Origin: Trichoplax adhaerens
Taxonomy: Eukaryota; Animalia; Placozoa
Assembly: GCF_000150275.1 (NCBI RefSeq)
Contig: NW_002060948.1
Location: 1,635,983-1,699,982 of the forward strand
Length of the DNA: 64,000 nucleotides
Reading direction: 5' to 3'
Shown here: in pieces, positions 14,201 to 26,100 of the stretch
How positions within the stretch are numbered: position 1 is the first letter of the stretch
How the letters are laid out: the number at the start of each line of letters is the position of its first letter
Notes under the pieces: model-generated
Seen by the model: only the letters and a program-made list of their open reading frames with translations
Databases searched by the model: none
Told to the model about the DNA's origin: nothing
Made by a program: the position numbers and the translations under genes

Positions 14201-15689
14201 CTTTCATTTTTATACGGTGGATTTTAAGAATCGAATTACCTACGTAATATTATCATAAAAGATTGCATGCTTAAAGGATTAAATGAACGATGGAAAGACT
14301 GTGCTGCCATGAAATCGCTATAGACTGCGTGTACTGATGTTTCATGTCGGGATTACTTATTCATTCTTTCATCTCTATCGTTCAAAAGATGATCAACTTT
14401 CACCACTAAATCATCGCGTCTTACATTGTAGGCTAGATGACTTACAACTTAATTTTGCTACGGCCTGCATAAGCGTATAAGTACACCATCATCCATTCAC
14501 AGTATATTAAAATTGTGTCATCATAGCAGCCTATTTATCTATGCAATGATTGGACTGGTTTGTTTAAGGGAGATCTCTGCACTCATTTAAATTTTAATCG
14601 AGTTATTTTAAAAGTTTATATACAGCATCAATTCGTATGATGTATTAACTCGTACCGTCATTATTTCTTTTTTGAATGATTCCAGTTACTTGAAATTGGC
14701 ACTAGTACTAGTACGATATCATCATACTCGTAACGCTTTTGAATAGGTTTACAGAGCATCAAATTATTTGTAAAAATAGTCTACTGGTAGTGATATGAAA
14801 TTGATTCATTCGCGATAGTTGTTTTCGATGTTGCATTCAATTTTACTGGATAATAGTTTATAGTTAGTATAGCTTAACGAGGCTATTGTGTAAGCTATGT
14901 AACCTAGGAAGCCTATGGTAGTTTTATGTAGAAATGGGGGTTCCTATTTTTAACAGATAGTTATATAATTGTTTGTAACCTTGGTGATAATAAGTGCAAG
15001 AATGAAATGGTGTATCCTGGAAAAGATTTGATCGTGAGATGGCCACTTACTTTACTATACAGTAATATGGCGAGTCATCATAATATGATGTAGCGTATTT
15101 AGTGGACATATTGTTGCAGTTATCACTAGCCACTAACACAAATTGAATTTACAACGATGATACTCATGCTCAATATACTGTAAACATAGTTTTACAGGAA
15201 ATTTGATACTGTCATTAAAGTTGGAAAAAAAAATTGAATAATAATAATAATAATAAAACATTGTTTTTGGTGAATTTGCTGACTAGAGTGTTCTTGTTGA
15301 CTTGTGAAAGCTCACATATATGCATAACTGTTGGAGTAAAGATACATCATTGATCATTAAGTAATGATAGTTACTGGATGACTAATACTAGTGAAAGTGA
15401 TGACGAATTGCGATGTAATGCGGCTTTTGTGTGTTGCGTTTATGCTTACCTAAAGCGTCAATGAAATTTTTAACCGCTGACAATGATCAACCCGATAAAA
15501 TAATTATTCCAATGAGTACCATTGGTTAAGCTACGGAAAGAGAATGAATATGGATGATGAGTATGGTAACTGTATGATAAATGATGTGGGATAAAAATAA
15601 ATTGTAGAGTTGATGACTGGTCTAGCAATGAGCTGTAATGTCGATGATTTTTAATTATTGATTTCAATTGAACGATTGAGTGGAGAAAC

Positions 15690-16588
15690 GTAAAAGCTTC
15701 GATATCGATAAAAATGATTTGTCTACTCTTACGCACGGCATAGTGTGCCATTGCAATTGAAATATTGAGTGGAGCAAGAAGGATGATTTTGTTCTACTGT
15801 AGTCTATCGTACTTAGTATTGGATTGATTGATTAAGCCTGACGTAAAAGCTTGGATATGGTATTTTGGAGTCAAATTCCAATTTCATATTGGATAAAAAT
15901 GATTTGTCAACTCTTAGCAGCATAGTGTGCCATTGCAATTGAAAATATTGAGTGGAGAAAGAAGGATGGCTTTGTATTAGTCTATCGTACTCAGTATTAG
16001 ATTGATTGATTAATTAACCCTGACATCAAAGCTTGGATATGGTATTTTGGAGTCAAATTCCAGTTTGGTATTGGAAAAGAAATGATTTGTCAACTGTTAG
16101 CGGCATAGTGTGCCATTGTAATTGAAATATTGAGTGGAGAAAGAAGGATGATTTTGTTGTACTGTAGTCTATCGTACTCAGTATTGGATTGATTGATTCA
16201 ACCCTGAGTCAAATTCCAATTTGGTATTGGAAAAGAAATAATTTATCTACTGTTAGCGGCATAGTGTGCCATTGTAATTGAAATATTGAGTGGAGTAAGA
16301 AGGATGATTTTGTTCTACTGTAGTCTATCGTACTTAGTGTTGGATTGATTCGTTCATTATTGGAGTCAAATTCCAATTTGATATTGGAAAAGAAATAATT
16401 TATCTACTGTTAGCGGCATAGTGTGCCATTGTAATTGAAATATTGAGCGGAGCAAGAAGGATGATTTTGTTGTACTGTAGTCTATCGTACTCAGTGTTGG
16501 ATTGATTGGTTCATTATTGGAGTCAAATTCCAATTTGGTATTGGGAAAGAAATAATTTATCGACTGTTAGCGGCATAATGTGCCATTG
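15690..16588. repeat. Tandem array A: about 5.5 units of two lengths (182-183 bp, then 156-157 bp)
   Basis: Anchor GCATAGTGTGCCATTG (one mismatch in the last copy) recurs at ~15737, 15919, 16102, 16258, 16415 and 16572. Confidence 0.95.
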
Positions 16589-17172
16589 CTAAACGACAAT
16601 ATCGCATTTTCAGGCCATGTTAGGCAAAATGGCAGTCAGCGCCATTGTTTTCAAATGTTGTTTTGGAAGAGAGAAAGGACCATCTTGATGGAGGATTGCA
16701 TACTGAAAAGAGGGGTATTACCGTAACATCGGATATGCGTAGTAGGTTTGGTATAGATGGGAGGTTGGAAAGGGAGATGGAAGCGAGTGCAGCTGTGCTG
16801 GCCAGATTGGACCGCAAGTAGCATTTGAAAGCCATATCCCTTTCCAATCAGGTGATTTGATCAGTTGTTGACTATAGGCATTTTGCAGCGATTACTTTAT
16901 TGTTGATGATGGCCGTATGCTCGCCATTGGGTATTGCTAAATCCAATACCTGCCATCACCATCAGCAATAGTGAATGTAACACAGTACTCGGCGGGTAGA
17001 GAGAATAGCGCTCAATTCAATAGTCCACGGACTATGACTACTGCAAAACCCTTATTGCAGCCACATCAATCTGTTGTTCTTCATTTGCACTGCACTCATA
17101 GCACGCACAAGATCAGAAAGTTGCCACCGATCGCCAATCTATCGACTACTGCCATTGAAAACAACGGTTATC

Positions 17173-20100
17173 ATGTCTCGCGTAGTCACCGAATATAAAA
17201 CTCGCCAAGAGTTGCTTAATAATGTGAAAAAAGCGGTAAGTCAATAGGATGAAAATACAATTCTACGCTAGCAATACCATAGACGACGATAGGGATGGAG
17301 ATGGAACGTACAAGGAGGAGGAGGATAGGGATTGAGATTGAACGTACAAGGAAGAGGAGGAGGATATGGATTGAGATTGAACGTACAAGGAGGACGATGA
17401 TATGGATGAGGATTCAACGTACAAGGAGGAGGATATGGATTACGATTGAACGGACAAGGAGGACAACGATATGGATTAGGATTCAACGGACAAGGGGGAC
17501 AACGATATGGATTAGGATGGAACGTACAAGGAGGCCGATGATATCGATTAGGATGGAACGTACAAGGAGGCCGATGATATCGATTAGGATGGAACGTACA
17601 AGGAGGCCGATGATATCCATTAGGATGGAACGTACAAGGAGGCCGATGATATCGATTAGGATGGAACGTACAAGGAGGCCGATGATATCCATTAGGATGG
17701 AACGTACAAGGAGGCCGATGATATCGATTAGGATGGAACGTACAAGGAGGCCGATGATATCCATTAGGATGGAACGTACAAGGAGGCCGATGATATCCAT
17801 TAGGATGGAACGTACAAGGAGGCCGATGATATCCATTCCAATTTTAGCACTTTATGTCATCAGCCAATACTTGACAATTTAGAGCGGTAGCATCAATCGC
17901 TTCCATACAAGTAGATTGTTGACAAGAGATATACAGTACTTTCATTGACTATGGATTTGCAGTAGTAGCGCTATGCTATTCCATGTTCACCAAAGCGACA
18001 CACTTGTACAACAAGGAAATGACTGAATTAAAAGTCGTTTTTGTCAGTTTCAATCGCATGCAGTTTGTACTATGGTTGATTTTGTTGGATTCAGTATTTT
18101 AATGGTCTATTCCTAGGATAGTTTGTTGATTAGCATTACTAGTAGTACAAATGGTTGATGTAGTCAGCTATTGCATCGATTTCACTACAAGATCTTTCAT
18201 CAAAGCGTAGCAAGGTACACCATGTAGTTTCATACCTTTGCCTTGATGACAGGATTGTGAACATCAACATCGTAGTCTACTTGTATTGATTATAGATCAT
18301 AACAGACGATGAAGGTACAAAAATACGATAGAGACTCAATCGATTGATGTCTAAATAATTGTTATTTCATCGCCCGTTAAGTTACTCTTCCAAATCATTT
18401 GTCACGCTAATCGAAAGTTGGGTCGAAGCGAATTGTACCAACAATTTGATCATCCATGTTACTTGAATCAATCATAATTATCGACAAGGATGAAAGACAG
18501 TAGATCAAGCCACTGTAATAATAATCATAATCTCTTTTCAAATTATTCCTCTTTCTCTATCCATCATGTACAAGCACTTATCTAATTGTACCGTGATTTT
18601 TTTTTCAATGATTTTTTTCTGCCGTCATGAACATTTTAAAAATACATTAAAATGTGTTTGGCCATTGTTTGTTTTGTATCATGATATTCTTTATTTGAAT
18701 ATTGATTATTATTTTACCAACTTTTCTTACATAATGTAGGTGAAACAGCTGATGGAAGAGGCTGTAACTAAAAAATTTATACACGAAGACAGTGGAACGG
18801 TGATCACCTTTTGCAGTAAGTGATAGTGTTATTGGCGATAGTTTTTTGGAATGCAAATCATCCAATTCCTTTTATTCATGTCGTTCAAATTCATCATCAA
18901 ATGATGGTATACACACGCTGGACTTACCAGTACAGTCAATCACATTTTTTCGATCTTAAAGTGCAAACTTTTTGCGGATCGAGAACGATCGTAGTTGATA
19001 TACTGAGTACAAGATTAGTTGCGATCGTCGGGGGGATACACATTTCTCACACAGTCGACTGAGAATTGAAAGTGTGTTGTGGATACCTTCGTGATCGGAT
19101 ACTATTGAACACGGAAGGACTTCCTGCCTTTCAAGTCAGAAAGAGATCGCCACAACGAAACGGCTCTACGGATTGTCTAAACAGTATGGGTATGGCCAAG
19201 AATTTAAAATCACTTTTATTGTTGACTGGCCATACGTCCATGCTTGTGTCCGTATGCTGAATAAAAATGGTCTGTTGTCATTGACTGCTAAAATGATTCC
19301 AAATGGCCAGCATGAGAACGATTTGAAGACTTGACAATCTCTGAGATTAGAATCCTATTCAATTATTCAGATTGTGCTTTCTAGCGTTGCTTGATTGATT
19401 TCACATTATTGCACTTCTTTTTGTTCCCCTTTTCAAATGAATTGCACATGGATTTAATTTGCCTCCTGGGGTTTGAAGTGCTTAATGAAGATATCAGTCT
19501 GTAGTATATTACGCTAATGGATTATCCATGTTCAATCTTGACAAATTGATAGAAAGGACATAGATACGGATAGGCAGATTACTCATATCTCCCATACCTG
19601 CATGCCTTATTAAATTTTACTTTTGTTTTGATGTCACGCCATGACACTATCAAAAGACCACGGGCAAGGCTTCATCATGGACCGCTAATAAAAACGATTT
19701 TTATTTTTTGAGTAGTCCATGGCTTAATGAATCGCTACCGTTGGCTAAAATTCACAGTACAGTAATCAATGTGCGCTAAACCTGATTGCTATCCCCAGTA
19801 TGTAGTCAATTAAATTATTATCGGTCTGGTGGCGTAGAATTCTCGACTAGAGAAGCAAGTTAGTGGTGATGGGTTAAAGTAGTAAAAGCGTTGACGTAAG
19901 TTTTTGATACGAAGCAAGTTAGTGGTGATGGACTAAAGTAGTAAAAACGTTGACACAAGTTTTTGACACGAAGCAAGTTAGTGGTGGTGGACTAAAGTAG
20001 TAAAAACGTTGACACGAAGCAAGTTACTGGTGATGGACTAAAGTAGTAAAAACGTTGACACAAGTTTTTGACACGAAGCAAGTTAGTGGTGATGGACTAA

Positions 20101-23100
20101 AGTAGTAAAAACGTTGACACAAGCTTTTGACACGAAGCAAGTTACTGGTGATGGACTAAAGTAGTAAAAACGTTGACACAAGCTTTTGACACGAAGCAAG
20201 TTACTGGTGATGGATTATAGTAGTAAAAAATGTTGACATAAAGCTTTTCTCATGTAATTCTAGTAATAGAATATCGTAGGCAGTCTTTGATCGATAATAA
20301 TCTATACATTGTACAATGGATAGCTATGTAACTGAGTAGTGAAAACGGTTTAATGGCTATCTATCATCCTCTTCCACTTGTACAGTGTACTTAGTCGTGG
20401 CAAATGAGAATAGGAAGGAAGACTTTTAGAGAAAATTGATTTGACAGTATACTTCACAAGTCTAGGTAGTGGATATCATTTTTCAGTTTAACTATTTGTG
20501 CTAGTAACTCCAAACTCTAGACAATCTGTCATCGATATCGGTGGTGTTTAGATTACTTAAGGGCCACCTATTCCAATATTATTCACATGGATCAATACGA
20601 GAAAGAATGGCATCGTAGACACAATGAAATGCAATATAATTATACAAACCATAAGCAAGTACGATTAGAAAGGAAAAACAAGAAAAGTACACTGCAGTCT
20701 ACTCCACTGTGCAGAATTAAACAACAAAACGCCAACGATAAACCCTCGGTGATGATTTCCCCCCAAAATGCTGATCGATTACTGATATTATTGTACAATA
20801 CTTAATTTTTTCAGTGTTTACCAGGGTCTATGAAATGCGATGTTTTGCCTTTCTAGAGTAATAATGGATGTCACGAAAAGTGTATAATATATGCCTAATA
20901 ACACTACATTTTTTCAGTGTATACCAGGGTCTATGAAATGCCATGTTTTGCCTTTCTACAGTAATAATGGATGTCACAAAAAGTGTACAGTATATGCCTA
21001 ATAACACTACATTTTTTCAGTGTATACCAGGGTCTATGAAATGCCATGTTTTGCCTTTCTACAGTAATAATGGACATCACAAAAAGTGTACAGTATATGG
21101 CTAATAACACTACATTTTTTCAGTGTATACCAGGGTCTATGAAATGCCATGTTTTGCCTTTCTACAGTAATAATGGATGTCACAAAAAGTGTACAGTATA
21201 TGCCTTATAACACTACATTTTTTCAGTGTATACCAGGGTCTATGAAATGCCATGTTTTGCCTTTCTACAGTAATAATGGACATCACAAAAAGTGTACAGT
21301 ATATGGCTAATAACACTACATTTTTTCAGTGTATACCAGGGTCTATGAAATGCCATGTTTTGCCTTTCTACAGTAATAATGGACATCACAAAAAGTGTAT
21401 AATATATGCCTAATAACACTAAATTAGTGTATCGTTTATGTGTAATAATACAATAAGACAGTCCTCTCTAACCGAATGGAAACAGTTTAGCAAGAATAAA
21501 AGCAGAGTACAATAGGTTAGGATGCATTACCTTCTTTAATGTGTAAAGTACATGGACTATCATTTTATGATTTTAGAGATGATGTATCCAATCCGATTGA
21601 TTACAGTTGAAATAATACGTATATCCTTCATCTTTTTTACTTATCCTATCAAGCATCAAAGTAGCATAAAAATAGTTTACGTCAATTTTAATAATTCATA
21701 TCAATGAAGTGAATTGAATTTGGTCTGTAGACAGGCGTAGCAGATGGTACAATGGAGTAAAGAAAAAATGATAGCCCAACAGGAAGTACAAATTACGTAT
21801 ATAGCATTATTGATTCTTTGATCTACGACAGTGTTGTAGATGGAGTAGAATCTCGTGCATGGACTATTACAATCACACGCTTTTTGTATAGGCAATCTGA
21901 ACTTGTGGTAGATATGATCTACCGGTTAAATCATGCCAATTGTCGCTGTATACTTGAATATCAAATATCCTTTGCTAGCATGTTTAATGTCTATGTGTGA
22001 CTATAGACTTCTCGGTAAGTAGAGTAACTTGAGTGTTGATTCCCGATGGATATTTGTTAACATTGCTAGCGTACCTTCATACTGAATGTTAACATCATGG
22101 ACAGTAGACATTAATGAAGTAAAGTTAATCATAATAATAATGTATGGGGGTAATCGACTCGTATTATCGGCAATTACAAGATTGGCTAAACGACATTAGC
22201 CTACACATTATTACCCTTTTAACCTTGGTTCAGTTGAGATGATGAGTTCGGCTTAAGGGTTACATCCTATTATTTTAGTTTAGAATTGATTGTCCAAGAA
22301 TAATTACAAGGATAGCCATAAATTAATTTAAGGCAATCAACCCTATCTATTAACGTAAATATGCAACTGTTCGTTTTCGAATGACAGCTGTGACTTTTTG
22401 ACTACATTAGAAAAAAAATAGATTTTGTATAGTATACTGTATTGAGAAACAGACAATCTAATTTTACGCAGGAAGTAATCAACTGCAGGCTTTATATCTC
22501 CCTTAATGATGATATTGACTCCATATTGATTAGCCTAAAAGCTTTTTATCAATCTCTACCGACGTATATTATGTTATACGAATATTGACTGTATTGCACA
22601 GCGACGCTTTATAAGTAAACGGTTACACGGAGTATTCTTACGCTTTCTGAAATAGTTCAAATGAATGATTATTGATTTAACAGTTATTAAATTTTTAAAA
22701 TTTTCAAAATAAATAAGTATTGTCAGTACTATGCGATCTGTAGTGTGTGTACAGAATATCAAACAAAAACGAATCCCGTATTTACTGGCTAATATATACC
22801 TAGAGGATTATTTATGTCAAGTTGTAATTAGTTACTTATCACCATCGCTAATGTATGCGTAGATGATTATTTTTTGTCAAGTTTTGATTAGTTACTTATC
22901 ATCATGAACTATGATAGTAACCAGGGCTATGAGTATTCGTTGGTTTGGATAGATGAGAGAGAACAAGAAGCTGTTTCTATGGCCCTAGGGTGATGAATGA
23001 ATCTTGAAGCCAAGTTAAATTGATAGAATACGCACAGGACGTAAAAATAGGCCCTCCGAATGAAGATCTCTTTCTGCCGTGAAATACGATTGACTGTTCT

Positions 23101-26100
23101 TAATTTTAAGCTATTTCTTCGGTACCTGAGTGATGACTGGATCTTTGAGCAAAGTTGAACTGATAGAATAGACACAGTACTTAAGATTAGGTCCTTCAAA
23201 TTAAATTCTCTTCCCGCCGTGAAATATTATAACTTTCTTGATTTGAATTGGAATCCGTCTAAATCGTTGGTGTATTCGACATGTTGATGATCTAAACTGT
23301 AGCTTATTCTTGTTACAGTTGCTATGCATACATAAAAATTTGTAGCTAATTATATACCGCGCAAATATATTAAGTTCTAGATGGTATCATGACTAGTCGT
23401 TTTAGTGACCAAATCATGCAGATACTTTGCGTTTACTAAGGGTTGGTCTTGCTCACAGTGACAAATCTCGACGGAAATATGTGGTTTAGGATTTCTATAT
23501 TAATCTACGCGTAACGTCGTATAGCACTATTACCTTCATGATTACCTGTTACTTAATGTAATTATGTGAGGACGCTAACAGAAAAGCGTAAATTATATTA
23601 AATGGGGAATGATGTTTGTAGGTCTTGTAATAATTTTGTATTTTTGGGTTGCTAATAAGAATGGGTGGATAACTGACAGAGATTGAATCTTGTTCACGAA
23701 TAATTACATGCGAGTATAATATAATTATTGTAGGTAATCGTACTATTCAGTAGAATTAACTCTTATCCAATATTATCAATCAAACAACAGTACTACAGTA
23801 CATTGGGGGATTTATTCTGTGTAAATGTTGATTGTACTTTGTAGAATAGCTAATTATGCTCTGTTTACAGCTTTGATCTTCCTACATTTTTTCTTCATCA
23901 TACATAGCATTAATTTTTCTCTGCTCTGAACAATACATAGACGAAAGTAACAGCTTTTCCTTCATTTGCCTTAATTAGCCAAAAATAAGAAAAAAAATTC
24001 TGTATTTATCATAGTATTCTCATTGCCTTCATAATAGAGCGTATGATAGCTTTACTATGCAAGCGCAGTGCTATAATGCTCAAGTTCTATAGCACGGTAA
24101 TAGTGGACGTTTTGGATGCAGTTGTAATGATGATGAAGTATAACATACTTGATGAATAAAGCGTAAGATAGCTTGACTTTGCGAGTGCAGTGCTATAATG
24201 TTGACAAGTTCTATAGTAGTCCTTGGTAATAGTGAACGCTTTGGATTTAGTCGTCATAATAATCAAGTATACGTATAACACTCGATAAAGTATAATCTAT
24301 TATTGGTTTATTCCTTTAAAAAGAACGTCGAGAATTTGTTATTGTTACAGAAAATCTTGAATAATACTATACATTATACAGTATACGTATACGGTACTTT
24401 GGGCTTTGTCCATCATTTATACATTTAAGATTAGAGTAACTAAACCAAGAGCTTGATGATCAGAATAAATAGATGAGATCATCTTAATATTACTGTTACA
24501 TATGACTATTTAGAATTGTATCAGTGTTTTCATTCTCGTGTACATCAGTTCATATCGAAAATGCATCAAAGCTGTTGAAAATTGAGTTTTTTACTCCACA
24601 ATTGTTTGCTGTATTAGGAGTTTATTATATTATGCGCATATAGATATGAAATACGGCATTGTATAAACTGGGATATAGCCAGTGAAAGACTATTGCAGCA
24701 TCAAATTTCTGTCTCTATCAAAAGAAGTTATGATATCCTAGATAAAGTTTACAAAGTTTTCGTCTAAATGCATTCAATTAATTTGATAGAATGTATTGAA
24801 AATTGTCTAATTCACGGCTTGAAGAAAAGAGCTGGCGGTTGGCTAAGGAATCTATCATCACATGCTCTGTTAGTAAAGCTTAGCAAGAACAGTCAGCTTG
24901 CTGCAAACTTACTAGAAAAGAGTTATATGGAAGATGGGGGCTTCAGAGGTAGAAGTGATTCAAGCTTAAGCCAATCCAGGCGTAAAATTTCCGAAAAACA
25001 AAAAAGTGTTTCACATATTCATCCAGCTCTGGCTAAGCATCGATGGATTTTGATAGCTCTGATGGAAAGGAAATTAATTCCAATTATAGAAGAATTAATG
25101 AGAGTATCAAGGTATTAGAATCAACAGCATTGCAATGATAGTACTTAATCGGGCATAAATACCTCATAAAAATACCTATAAAATAGAATAAGATTGCCTA
25201 GATAGTAATGTACTCAAAACTGTACGTACTGTATATCATGAAATATAGGCTTGGCTATATTGATCGTAATGATTCGCATGTTGTAAAATTAAAAGTAAAT
25301 CAAAGATATCAAAGACGTAAATATTAGCGCTGATGATACAAGATTAACACTTATTTCGTAATATATTAGCAAATTCTATGAAAGTGAAGCTTTGATGCTG
25401 CACACGGTTGATGGCCCTTTACTTGTTAACTTGATTGGTAAGCATTTAATATGCCTGATATCATAATGTATTTCTTATGTAAAAGCGATATTGTAATATA
25501 CAGTATATGCTACATACTAATCAGTATCATTTCGCATATTAAAATAACAGTCGGTGTATGCGCTCTTGAATTTACTCGTATGAAAACTCCTGATAATGTA
25601 TGGTCTGATCCATCTGCTGAAGAACTAGTTAAACGTGATAGGTAGACACAATAGAAACTGTAGACATCATGCATTACCATTTAATTTATTCTATTTACAT
25701 AACAGAAATCAGTAATAACTAACACTTGTATACTTTTCCTTCTGTTTATAAAATAATTAGAATTCATTCTACAGAATCGTTCTCCAGGATGAACTCCCAA
25801 ACGAAACCTACACTAGGAAAGGTAATGTATCATCTAATCATTGAAAACCTTCATGGATTATAGTTACGAGTATATATTGTCGGTTAATTTAATTATAATT
25901 TGTATAGTGTTTCTGCATATTTTAATTCGTCTGTATATAAATATTTTAGATGAATAGCGCAATATCTGTGGATGATATTCGATCAAAATATTCCGCGAGA
26001 GATCATGTAGAATCGATGCACCAGAACGGTTCTGCAACATTACTGTACGGCAAAAACAATGTCCTTGCTCAGCCGGTATGTGACATGAATATAGGAATCC

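Noticed and set aside
17295-17882. 195-aa Arg-rich ORF, and the antisense 117-aa ORF, as protein-coding genes
   Set aside because: They are products of a 36-bp minisatellite inside an SGSM intron and show no family motif. Kept only as a finding.
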